Shown piece after piece: positions 1 to 8,166 of a DNA stretch of 20,000 bases (position 1 is its first letter; the number at the start of each line of letters is the position of its first letter). The notes beneath the pieces were generated by a model. The model did not search any database and was not told where the DNA came from. It saw only the letters and a program-made list of their open reading frames with translations. Origin of the DNA: an uncultured virus (IMG/VR IMGVR_UViG_3300000154_000005) (lineage: Duplodnaviria > Heunggongvirae > Uroviricota > Caudoviricetes); IMG/VR virus record IMGVR_UViG_3300000154_000005; one strand, written 5' to 3'. Both the position numbers and the translations under genes were made by a program.

Positions 1-2248
1 AACCAGTATTATTACTATAATATCTATTCTTTAGACTTTTAGAATGTCTAATATCTTGTATTTTAATCATAAATCCATGAGTAGAGTTACAATCTTCTTC
101 TGCTATCTCGATGGGAGATAAGTTTAATACTAATGATCTTTCCAAGTATCCAGACCGGGGTGTTGCATCATGCTTGTCAACAATACCTTTACGACTTCCA
201 TATGATGTTCTGAAAAATTCTTCTTCAGTTAATCCACTAAGTAGAGCAGTCGTTACTGGTTCTGGTGAGATGATATTTCTATCATCTGCAATATATCCAA
301 TAGATACAAGAGATCTTGAAAATTGTACTTTATTATATTTAGACTTGGCTAATTTGGCAAGTTTAAACTCTTCCGGAATATTTTTATATGCATCATTTAC
401 AAAAGTTTGATGTACTTGATGCCCTATATGTGGATTAGATGGTAGATGTTGGAGAAGATGATTCTCACGTGCACTATGTACAATAGTAATTGCTTCGTTA
501 AAAGGTAAAGTTAATGTTTCCTTTGAATGAGTAGATACCAACCAACTTAACAATTGATTTACTTTATTTATTCTATTAAAGTAATCTTCATTAGACAAAC
601 TATCTTTATGTATTTCTTTCGAAAGATCATCAGATGATGATTCTTTAGTTAGTATAATATTATCAAATCCACACCATTTATTTAATAGACATACTCCATA
701 TGAATATCTCTTCTTATTAAATAGTACTAATTTATTTAACTCTGGTTCTTCATATATTGGTAGTGATTTTAAAGAATCTATAGTGATATATTCTAAATCA
801 TTATTTATCTTGGAGTAAGTTAGAAGAACAAAACTATATTTAGATTCCATTGATAAAGTATTAAGATATGCTGTATTATGATCATATTGAATATTATTTA
901 AAGTGTAAGCATTTTGCGATATTTCTTGAATAGCTCCTCTATCATGTAACCGATAAAGAGCATATGTATCACCATCAAAGTCAGCATTTAATGGTTGTGT
1001 GCTAATAGGGCTAATTTTAATTACATTCTCTTCTGTAATTCCAGATACAATAACTCCGGGCATACCGTATCGCCACAATGTCGGTTGTCTGTTTACGAGT
1101 ACAATTCGTTGTCTATAGTCACTTTCTCTAAAAAAGTATTCAATAAATTCATCAACATATTCTAATTCATTCGTATATGAATTTTCTGTCTTCGTAACTG
1201 ATGATAATATCTTCGCTGTCTGAAGAGTGGCCCATTCATCTTTAAGCATAGTTCTTAAATATCTATAGTATTCTATAAGCCATAGTTTTAAGAATATCTT
1301 ACGAGGAATTATTATTTCATGAGCTTTTAAAGTTGGATCTGGTACAATTACTGCTCTGCTACTAAAGTCAATAGATCTACCTAAAAATTGATCCCGAATC
1401 AACCCAGTCTTTCCACTAAGAGTTCCTGTAATATGAGAATATACATCATCGCAATAATAAGTAATTTTACTTGTTAATTGATCAAATGTAATTAAAATAT
1501 CATCAGTAATTGGAATCCCAATCTTATTATCTAATGATTGAATTATCATATCAGTATATTCTCGAATCTGTTGATATGTATCAAACTTAGTGCAATAATG
1601 CTTTAGTCTTAGAATTTTAATATAAATATTATCTAATTCATGAGTGATCATAGTCATCTTACTATCCTTCTCTACAAGTATAGACATACGTGTATTTGGA
1701 GGGACAACTAAAAGATCAAAAAAGAAATTAGATAATAGTTCTTCTGCTGATTTAGAAGTAAAGTATACTTGTGCAATATACAATCCTAAATATAATGTAA
1801 ATAAGCCAGTTATTACTAATGGTATACAGTTTCCAGCATCATAATCAGTAACTAATTCCAGTTTATCTGTATCTTTAATATATTGAATATAAAATGATGT
1901 AGTTGTTAGTCGATCTGACTGAACCGGATCTAATATGTGTGCATTCTTCCGCTTTACAAATTTGAGTAGTTTTTGTCTTTCGAGTTTTTTGAGTATTGGA
2001 AATGGTAAACTGATTTTAGCAAATCTAGTATACCTAGAAGCATTATCAATACATTCCACTTTACACTTAATACATCTTTGATTCTCATGAATAACTTTGG
2101 AATTAAGATTACCACATGAGCATTTATAAGATTTAACCGGTCCAAAGGCAATTTCAGAAATTAAACCGGCTTGATCTACTTGCGACTTCTTACTATCTAA
2201 ATATAATTTTGATGATGTAATTTCAGGTAGATCTTGTTTATTAATCAT
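1..2248 (-). CDS. rpoC: DNA-directed RNA polymerase beta-prime-like subunit, 3' end beyond the window (at least 749 aa)
   Basis: Manual translation from ATG at 2248: MINKQDLPEITSSKLY...GLISEIAFGPVKSYKCSCG...RCIKCKVEC (Zn-binding), DLLVVPPNTR, LSGKTGLIRDQFLGRSIDFSSRAVIVPDP, VLVNRQPTLWR, PLNADFDGD (NADFDGD at 988-968) and GLTEEEFFRTSYGSRKGIVDKHDATPRSGYLERSL (bridge helix). All motifs are in one frame and in RpoC order. The ORF track lacks it because no stop falls inside the window. Confidence 0.96.
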   Translation of the reverse strand, partial: MINKQDLPEITSSKLYLDSKKSQVDQAGLISEIAFGPVKSYKCSCGNLNSKVIHENQRCIKCKVECIDNASRYTRFAKISLPFPILKKLERQKLLKFVKRKNAHILDPVQSDRLTTTSFYIQYIKDTDKLELVTDYDAGNCIPLVITGLFTLYLGLYIAQVYFTSKSAEELLSNFFFDLLVVPPNTRMSILVEKDSKMTMITHELDNIYIKILRLKHYCTKFDTYQQIREYTDMIIQSLDNKIGIPITDDILITFDQLTSKITYYCDDVYSHITGTLSGKTGLIRDQFLGRSIDFSSRAVIVPDPTLKAHEIIIPRKIFLKLWLIEYYRYLRTMLKDEWATLQTAKILSSVTKTENSYTNELEYVDEFIEYFFRESDYRQRIVLVNRQPTLWRYGMPGVIVSGITEENVIKISPISTQPLNADFDGDTYALYRLHDRGAIQEISQNAYTLNNIQYDHNTAYLNTLSMESKYSFVLLTYSKINNDLEYITIDSLKSLPIYEEPELNKLVLFNKKRYSYGVCLLNKWCGFDNIILTKESSSDDLSKEIHKDSLSNEDYFNRINKVNQLLSWLVSTHSKETLTLPFNEAITIVHSARENHLLQHLPSNPHIGHQVHQTFVNDAYKNIPEEFKLAKLAKSKYNKVQFSRSLVSIGYIADDRNIISPEPVTTALLSGLTEEEFFRTSYGSRKGIVDKHDATPRSGYLERSLVLNLSPIEIAEEDCNSTHGFMIKIQDIRHSKSLKNRYYSNNTG

Positions 2249-2426
2249 TAGTCCCTATTTTTTTAATGGTTCCATCACTCACATCGTATATAATATCATC
2301 GATACTAATATTAAACCCTTTTCCAATAGGCTTTATTTTCAATAATTTTTTATCTCTAGTTTCTATAATAATAGTATCTGTAACATCTAAAAATTTTAAT
2401 TCTTTTTTTGTTACGTTCAGTTTCAT
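2241..2426 (-). CDS. hypothetical protein (61 aa); stop overlaps the rpoC-like start
   Basis: ORF track; AGGA upstream; 8-bp overlap with the rpoC-like gene. Confidence 0.7.
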   Translation of the reverse strand: MKLNVTKKELKFLDVTDTIIIETRDKKLLKIKPIGKGFNISIDDIIYDVSDGTIKKIGTND

Positions 2427-2442
2427 TACGAAATCCTAATAA

Positions 2443-2754
2443 TTAAATTACTTTTCCAATAACCATTTGATCTTTAAGTTTGGCAAGATGAACAATCGCT
2501 TCTATAACAATCATACCATCTCTAACATTTAAAATGTGTATTCTTTCGGAAATATCACCTTCTACTTTAATTACATGATAATCTTTATAATTAAGTTCTT
2601 TATTAGTGATGGGAATTTCATATAAGTGAGCTCTAGTTAGTAATAGTTCTTTACTTGTGAGAGCATGTACACTTTTTTGTCCATTAGTAGCAGATATAAC
2701 GTTAATTTTAGTACCAGGACTAAAATCAAGTATTAAACGAGTATCAATATCCAT
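2443..2754 (-). CDS. hypothetical protein (103 aa)
   Basis: ORF track; AAGGA RBS upstream of ATG; first gene of the rpoC-like unit. Confidence 0.75.
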   Translation of the reverse strand: MDIDTRLILDFSPGTKINVISATNGQKSVHALTSKELLLTRAHLYEIPITNKELNYKDYHVIKVEGDISERIHILNVRDGMIVIEAIVHLAKLKDQMVIGKVI

Positions 2755-2780
2755 ATTAATTATCCTTTTATGTAAAGTTG

Positions 2781-2826
2781 AAAAATTATAGGAAAGAACT
2801 GGGAGGAGCCCTAAGTTCTTCCTATA
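2781..2826 (-). terminator. stem-loop followed by a U-run (terminator or attenuator-like)
   Basis: Minus strand TATAGGAAGAACT...AGTTCTTTCCTATA followed by ATTTTT. Confidence 0.55.
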
Positions 2827-2867
2827 AAAATATAAATGTAAATAACAAAAAAATTACCTTTCAATAT

Positions 2868-2879
2868 ATTATATCTATA
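2868..2879 (-). promoter_or_regulatory. putative phage promoter TATAGATATAAT
   Basis: Exact copy of the recurrent intergenic motif. Confidence 0.7.
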
Positions 2880-2932
2880 GGAACATATTTCAAAACGTAG
2901 TTGTGGACTTTTTCTATGAACAAATATAATAA

Positions 2933-2964
2933 ATTGGACGACACTCTTTCGAATATCGTCCAAT
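2933..2964 (-). terminator. 14-bp hairpin with GAAA loop
   Basis: ATTGGACGATATTC-GAAA-GAGTGTCGTCCAAT. Two G-U pairs form only on the minus strand; followed by TTATTATATTT. Confidence 0.7.
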
Positions 2965-2974
2965 CTTTAATATA

Positions 2975-3025
2975 TCAGTCAGCCCCAACCCAGCCGCCTG
3001 ATCCTTCAGTTGATGCTTGAATCAA
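2975..3025 (-). CDS. putative 16-aa micro-peptide MIQASTEGSGGWVGAD (TTG start), or a small RNA
   Basis: AAGGA 8 nt upstream of TTG; lies between the promoter motif at 3076-3087 and the hairpin at 2933-2964. Confidence 0.4.
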   Translation of the reverse strand: MIQASTEGSGGWVGAD

Positions 3026-3075
3026 TTATTTAGTCCTTAATTTATTTTTAATAAGGATTCTTATTACTACAATTG

Positions 3076-3087
3076 ATTATATCTATA
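3076..3087 (-). promoter_or_regulatory. putative phage promoter TATAGATATAAT
   Basis: Exact motif copy. Confidence 0.7.
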
Positions 3088-3110
3088 TAAGATTGATGAA
3101 AACTTAAATT

Positions 3111-3362
3111 TTAATATAATATTCGTTCATTATCGTATTTTGGTTTGCGATCTTCTTTATACATCCATTCTTCAATCGCAGCTAGCCTTTCTATAATTGG
3201 TTTATTAGCCAATGCCAATAAATATTGAGATTTCTCTTTTGCCTTTGCTAGTTTCTCGCATTCATTACAAGTAGATGGATCTAGACCACAATATCCAAGT
3301 GAATAGGTAACATACTTTTCTTTTTTACATACTTTACAGATAATCATCTTCGATACTGCCAT
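3111..3362 (-). CDS. small putative Zn-finger protein
   Basis: CKVC...CNEC cysteine pairs; AAGGA RBS. Confidence 0.7.
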   Translation of the reverse strand: MAVSKMIICKVCKKEKYVTYSLGYCGLDPSTCNECEKLAKAKEKSQYLLALANKPIIERLAAIEEWMYKEDRKPKYDNERILY

Positions 3363-3373
3363 TATTTTATTCC

Positions 3374-3712
3374 TTATAAAAACATATTCAATACAAATAT
3401 GGCTTCTATTAATATTATAATTTCTATTATAATAAATGTGCCCCCATATGATTTAATCTTACTAATGATAGAATCATATGCCTCAAAATGTTTACCTTCT
3501 TTACCACAAGACTGATGTTCTAGTCTAGCAACATTACATGTCATATATTCTCCATTATTATATTTAGTCGTTCCTGTAGTATAATCCGTCTCATTTTGCG
3601 GTTCTACACGCCAACCGACATTCTTTATATTTTTACATATCATAGTTCGATATTTCATAATAAATAACTGCTTCTTACCAGCCCATCTACAATTTTTACA
3701 TGCTTTAATCAT
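3374..3712 (-). CDS. Cys-rich hypothetical protein with C-terminal hydrophobic helix
   Basis: CKNC...C...CNVAR...CGKEGKHFE pattern; terminal FIIIEIIILIEAIFVLNMFL. Confidence 0.75.
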   Translation of the reverse strand: MIKACKNCRWAGKKQLFIMKYRTMICKNIKNVGWRVEPQNETDYTTGTTKYNNGEYMTCNVARLEHQSCGKEGKHFEAYDSIISKIKSYGGTFIIIEIIILIEAIFVLNMFL

Positions 3713-3727
3713 TAGTAAATACCTTAT

Positions 3728-3844
3728 TTATGATAACGTTTGTATTAATACATATATGACCTGTATAAGACTAGCAGATCCCACAGTCAGAAATATGATA
3801 AGTGAGAATACAATTATCATATATTTAAATATTGAATATAGCAT
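3728..3844 (-). CDS. small hydrophobic protein (38 aa)
   Basis: Manual translation MLYSIFKYMIIVFSLIIFLTVGSASLIQVIYVLIQTLS; fills the gap between neighbouring operon genes. Confidence 0.55.
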   Translation of the reverse strand: MLYSIFKYMIIVFSLIIFLTVGSASLIQVIYVLIQTLS

Positions 3845-3847
3845 TAC

Positions 3848-4021
3848 TCAATCCCAGTCCTCAGCATCTTTTGGTATTTCAGCAAGCACATCTGCCATAT
3901 TACCAAATTGTTCTTCTAATGCATTTAAATATTGAATTATTTCATTAATTTTATCTGCTACTGCTTCTATATTATGTTCATTGTGAAATCCTTCGATTTC
4001 AAGTCTTAGTTCTTCAATCAT
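3848..4021 (-). CDS. acidic hypothetical protein (57 aa)
   Basis: ORF track 3848..4045; start moved to ATG 4021, which follows GAGG and avoids overlap. Confidence 0.65.
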   Translation of the reverse strand: MIEELRLEIEGFHNEHNIEAVADKINEIIQYLNALEEQFGNMADVLAEIPKDAEDWD

Positions 4022-4031
4022 TATAACCTCA

Positions 4032-5648
4032 TTAGTGAAATACATCTATGAACTGAGTTTGTCCATGCATATTATGAATATGTGGTATTACTACTTGATA
4101 TAATAAAAATAGGAGGGTATATGTACTTGTACTTTTACTTACAAATGGAATAATAAACTTTTTCATTAATAATAATGTACTAACATTAGTCTTTACTAGT
4201 TCTTGATTATTGTCAATTTCTTTAAATATCTTAGTTGTAATTATATCATAATATTTCGAGACAATCAAATTCATATTTTTTATCGCAAGATTCGTACCAC
4301 TTTGGCTAATTTTTAGTAATTGATTATATGACTGACTAATGACTTTGTGTCTAGGATTTTCAATAACTTCATATGCCAAAAGACGTTTATCATTTTTCCA
4401 ATCAATAGTAGTACCAAAATACTTAGTAATATCAATCACAGTAGGTGTATTAATCAAGGGTAATTCTAATTCTTCTTCAGTTGTTTTAGATGTTTTAACA
4501 TCCGCCAGTACACTATCGATAAATTCATCTTTATCAATTTTTAATAGATAATTGTATTTCTCAACTGATGAATTAATAGTCTTAATTTCTTCATCATAAT
4601 CTAATTCCAAATAATCTTTAAACTTAAAGAGGATTGAAGTCTGACTTTTGAATACATTAATCATAATTCTTTGAATTGAACCATTAATAATGTTCTCGAA
4701 GTTATCCGATTTAGTATTTGGCAATTTAATACGGTAAAGATAGATTAAGAATGAAACCACTTGTAATGCCGCCGTTAACAATAATGGTTTCACATTTTGC
4801 CGTTCATTAATTATATAATTTAAATGTTGACATGCTGTTTTAATCTTAATAATAATATCATCTTGATTAATATCAAAAGAATTAATAACATTATTCAAAT
4901 CACTAACATTAGATAGAGAATAACTATAAAGTTCAACATCTATAAGGGGGATTATCCCAATGGTGATATTATTCCCGTTCTCTTCTATGATACAGCTGTG
5001 ACTATTATTAATGATTTGCTTAGTTAAGTAGAAATTAACAATTTTATTAGGAGAAAGGGAAAAAGCCTCTTCTAAAATATCTGTTATTTCTCCGTTCTTC
5101 TCGGGCAACAGTGATTTATCAACTCTACTAGGAACAACAGGAACATCGTTACGAACATCGCCGGAAGTAGTAGATCTGCTAGCATTACTTACTTCCTCCT
5201 CTTTAGTATCTTCATTCTTTTTATTATTTCCTTCATTTTTTAAATTAGATAATATTATTTCATATTGTTCAGATACGGATTTAATAAATGTATATATTAA
5301 ATAGATTTGAGACTTTTGTAGATATAATTTTAAATTTGGTAAGTCAATCGGGATAAAATCTTTCGGATCTTTTAATTTATTCTCAAGATAAAAAACCAGA
5401 GATGCTGCTTGAGCCACAGAGATGTCATGTTTAAATAACATTTCTAGTGGTAGAGTATTAAATATATTATTAGCAGAGGGGTCCTCTAGAAAAGCTTTCT
5501 CCACAGTTTGTATTAGTTGTGGCTGTTTGAGGTCATGATAACTATACTCGATCCGTAGAGTATTTACCATTGGTTTAACGGTTATCTTAATAACTGCTCT
5601 AAAAGTTTGATAATTTATTGGAATATATCGTACTGGTAAATCCATCAT
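4032..5648 (-). CDS. large hypothetical protein (538 aa) with a low-complexity linker near aa 135-190
   Basis: Long ORF; ATGA coupling to the upstream gene; no motif recognised. Confidence 0.85.
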   Translation of the reverse strand: MMDLPVRYIPINYQTFRAVIKITVKPMVNTLRIEYSYHDLKQPQLIQTVEKAFLEDPSANNIFNTLPLEMLFKHDISVAQAASLVFYLENKLKDPKDFIPIDLPNLKLYLQKSQIYLIYTFIKSVSEQYEIILSNLKNEGNNKKNEDTKEEEVSNASRSTTSGDVRNDVPVVPSRVDKSLLPEKNGEITDILEEAFSLSPNKIVNFYLTKQIINNSHSCIIEENGNNITIGIIPLIDVELYSYSLSNVSDLNNVINSFDINQDDIIIKIKTACQHLNYIINERQNVKPLLLTAALQVVSFLIYLYRIKLPNTKSDNFENIINGSIQRIMINVFKSQTSILFKFKDYLELDYDEEIKTINSSVEKYNYLLKIDKDEFIDSVLADVKTSKTTEEELELPLINTPTVIDITKYFGTTIDWKNDKRLLAYEVIENPRHKVISQSYNQLLKISQSGTNLAIKNMNLIVSKYYDIITTKIFKEIDNNQELVKTNVSTLLLMKKFIIPFVSKSTSTYTLLFLLYQVVIPHIHNMHGQTQFIDVFH

Positions 5649-5884
5649 ACTTCTTTTAGTTTCCTATATAATTGTTCACGTTCCCAAAACTTAGTTACTT
5701 CTGGAGTTGGATTATTTAGATAACTCATTAAAGTACTTTGCATTAGGCCTCTATCAGATGCTAATATATTCAATACTTCAGTATTAGAAACTGGAACGTT
5801 TGTTGACCAATAAATAGTCCCAGGGTCATTTGGAGCATGTTTATTTTCAATCATCATACGATAGACCAATCGACTAACTGTCAT
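5645..5884 (-). CDS. hypothetical protein with a divergent family A-like tail (79 aa)
   Basis: Start moved to ATG 5884, just after the upstream stop; C-terminus YLNNPTPEVTKFWEREQLYRKLKEV. Confidence 0.65.
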   Translation of the reverse strand: MTVSRLVYRMMIENKHAPNDPGTIYWSTNVPVSNTEVLNILASDRGLMQSTLMSYLNNPTPEVTKFWEREQLYRKLKEV

Positions 5885-5888
5885 TTGT

Positions 5889-6095
5889 TTAGGACCAGAA
5901 GAGTTTGTGATAATTCCGAACATTATCCGTAGGGTTCTTAATAAATAACGGTATTGTGATTTCATAATGGCGACAAAATTCATAAGCATTCTCTTCAGTT
6001 GGATTATCATTAAAATTAAGTACTAAATGTTTAAGTTTACTATCTATATTAAATTTAGTTCTTGCAATATTTAATACTACTTTATTAACATGCAT
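5889..6095 (-). CDS. family A paralog (68 aa)
   Basis: TAATG coupling at 6095; NPTEENAY core; tail FIKNPTDNVRNYHKLFWS. Confidence 0.8.
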   Translation of the reverse strand: MHVNKVVLNIARTKFNIDSKLKHLVLNFNDNPTEENAYEFCRHYEITIPLFIKNPTDNVRNYHKLFWS

Positions 6096-6637
6096 TATAC
6101 TATCCATTTTAATTTATAATAATTTTGAATATCTATAGATGGTGATTCAATATAATGAATAGCATCCTCAGATTGAGTAATAGCCTTAAATATTAACTCA
6201 TTATTCCATGGTTTTGGGTACCAGAGAATATTCCGATAGTCATCTTCTACTATTCTACCTTTAATTGGAAAGTCTAATATATCACAAGTATGTCTATATG
6301 TAGTTGGTAATCGTCTTACCCATTCCATTACATCCATAATCTTCTCTGTAGGGATCCATCCGGCTACTTCATCATCTAATCCATTAGCAACTCTGCCAAA
6401 TGTCATCATATCGTTATTTTCATAGAATTTAATATCTTTATCTTGATGCAATATAGCAATTTCAGCATTTATTGATTTATGTGGTTTGTGATTTAAAGAT
6501 AAATAATCAACTGGCTTATCTAATGTCTGATCAACACTTCTATTCTCACAATAATTACCATATCCATATTGAATACTTAATATAAATTTATTATCAAATG
6601 TAAAATGGATACCACTAGCATCTTGAGTTGAAATCAT
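6095..6637 (-). CDS. hypothetical protein (180 aa): separate N-terminal domain plus family A tail
   Basis: N-terminal GIHFTFDN...SIQYGYGNYC...AEIAI...VAGW pattern; tail YIESPSIDIQNYYKLKWIV. Confidence 0.85.
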   Translation of the reverse strand: MISTQDASGIHFTFDNKFILSIQYGYGNYCENRSVDQTLDKPVDYLSLNHKPHKSINAEIAILHQDKDIKFYENNDMMTFGRVANGLDDEVAGWIPTEKIMDVMEWVRRLPTTYRHTCDILDFPIKGRIVEDDYRNILWYPKPWNNELIFKAITQSEDAIHYIESPSIDIQNYYKLKWIV

Positions 6638-6901
6638 TTAAACTTCCCATAATAGAGTATGATAATTAGTAACTGCAATTGTCGGTTCCTCAATATATTT
6701 AATTGTGAACTTCCACTTGCGGATTAATTCTAATGCTTCATCTTCATCAACTTCGACATAGTTTAAAAGTTCTATGCAGTCTTCCATTGACACAACATCT
6801 GGATTATTTTGTATTTGTTTATCAGACGGTAATCGACCAAGTTCAAATAGATCGAGATCATATACATGTAATACTCTTAAATCATTCTCATCAATCCACA
6901 T
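6638..6901 (-). CDS. acidic hypothetical protein with family A tail (87 aa)
   Basis: AGGA RBS; tail YIEEPTIAVTNYHTLLWEV. Confidence 0.8.
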   Translation of the reverse strand: MWIDENDLRVLHVYDLDLFELGRLPSDKQIQNNPDVVSMEDCIELLNYVEVDEDEALELIRKWKFTIKYIEEPTIAVTNYHTLLWEV

Positions 6902-6940
6902 ATTAAATTCCTATAATTCTTAAAAATTTATTTTCAATAT

Positions 6941-6952
6941 ATTATATCTATA
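6941..6952 (-). promoter_or_regulatory. putative phage promoter TATAGATATAAT
   Basis: Exact motif copy about 40 nt upstream of the 6901 start. Confidence 0.75.
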
Positions 6953-6970
6953 TATCTTTGGTCCAAAAAT

Positions 6971-6997
6971 AAAAGCCCCTAGGAAAGTCCTAGGAGC
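6971..6997 (-). terminator. intrinsic terminator
   Basis: GCTCCTAGG-ACTTT-CCTAGGGGC-TTTT on the minus strand, right after the stop at 7009. Confidence 0.75.
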
Positions 6998-7008
6998 AGT
7001 TGAAAAGA

Positions 7009-7506
7009 TTAACAAACGCCGGAGATCATCTTTAGAAATTCTTTGCGGGTAATATTAGAGCCACCTTCCCATAATTTTCTTAGAGTAATTGCCTTTCGTT
7101 TGGCTTTATCATTCCCGAATTTTTTAATAGAAAAAGATGCGCTTTTATGAGTAGATGTACTAGGTGTTCCAAAATAAGCTCGCCAGCTATTGTTATTTTT
7201 AGTAAAAAAAACCCCAGCAATCCCACTAGTATTTGTAGAATCTAATCCACTATATTCTAGATGTGATAATTCTTTATGGTTTCTTATAGTACTTTCAACA
7301 GTTGCATCTGGATTTCCAAATGATATATCCATTCGCAAGAATTTCCCTATCTTGAATGCATCTTTTTTATCATACCTTCCATCAAGAGGTATACGATGGT
7401 TTCTATAATTATCGTTTCCTCGTCTCCCATAAGTAACCGATATATAAGGAACCTTATTAATTACCACTTCATTAACTCCGCGCATATGCTGATCTTCAGT
7501 ATTCAT
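7009..7506 (-). CDS. AP2-domain DNA-binding protein (possibly two AP2-like modules, no HNH domain)
   Basis: NTSGIAGVFF...WRAYF...FSIKKFGNDKAKRKAITLR matches the phage/bacterial AP2 pattern. Confidence 0.75.
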   Translation of the reverse strand: MNTEDQHMRGVNEVVINKVPYISVTYGRRGNDNYRNHRIPLDGRYDKKDAFKIGKFLRMDISFGNPDATVESTIRNHKELSHLEYSGLDSTNTSGIAGVFFTKNNNSWRAYFGTPSTSTHKSASFSIKKFGNDKAKRKAITLRKLWEGGSNITRKEFLKMISGVC

Positions 7507-7564
7507 TTTGAGTATACTCCCTGTATTTAAGTTAAGTCTGAAAAATAACCCTATTCTTTACTTT

Positions 7565-7576
7565 ATAATATCTATA
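7565..7576 (-). promoter_or_regulatory. putative phage promoter, variant TATAGATATTAT
   Basis: One-mismatch motif copy upstream of the AP2 gene. Confidence 0.65.
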
Positions 7577-7814
7577 TATAAGTTTTAAAAAATACAGTAA
7601 AAATAAGGACTTATTAGGTCAAAGTGTGAAGAACCAAGAATATATATATATAATATTCCATAACCAAAAGAAATTGAACTAGATAGTATCTATTACTCAT
7701 TATATCTTTCTTAAAGATTTTAAAGTAAACTAAGACAATAAGTTAATTAAATTAAAAAATAAAATACTAAGAATTAATAGAAATAATAAACTTGTACTTA
7801 AGATAATTCAAAGT

Positions 7815-8027
7815 GAGTTGTCTTAACTCTTCCTATTCTAAGGAGCTAAGTAAAAGTAGCACTCTGGTCTCAGAAGTGAAACTACTTAATAGAAGTTAGA
7901 ATAGTTTTACGGGGCATTTTTTTCTAAAAATTTTTTAAGTGGGAGGTCTAACTCAGTATTTGATATAGTTAAAAACTTAACAGCTTTTGTTAGGGTTTCG
8001 CCGTCGCGCTGAAACTCTGTTTTTTTA
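7815..8027. other. structured non-coding element in the strand-switch gap
   Basis: CTATTCTAA (7833-41) and TTAGAATAG (7896-7904) enclose an inner hairpin at 7854-7887; further hairpins at 7815-7829 and 7992-8018, the last followed by a T-run. Confidence 0.45.
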
Positions 8028-8154
8028 AGTTAATAGTTAGATTTATAAAAATTATGTATAATTACATTAAAATTTATGATTTTTTATTGAATATACATAA
8101 AAAATAAAGGAAGAGAGGAATCCCCTGGCCGCTTCCAAGTTTTCAAAACTAATA

Positions 8155-8166
8155 TATAGATATTAT
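8155..8166 (+). promoter_or_regulatory. putative phage promoter, variant TATAGATATTAT
   Basis: Motif copy upstream of the rightward family A array. Confidence 0.65.

Noticed and set aside
111..2151. ORF-track calls 111..410 (+), 1644..1844 (+) and 1954..2151 (-)
   Set aside because: They are shadow or alternate-frame ORFs inside the motif-rich rpoC-like gene.
7009..7506. HNH-AP2 homing endonuclease
   Set aside because: No HNH catalytic motif was found; only AP2-like segments.
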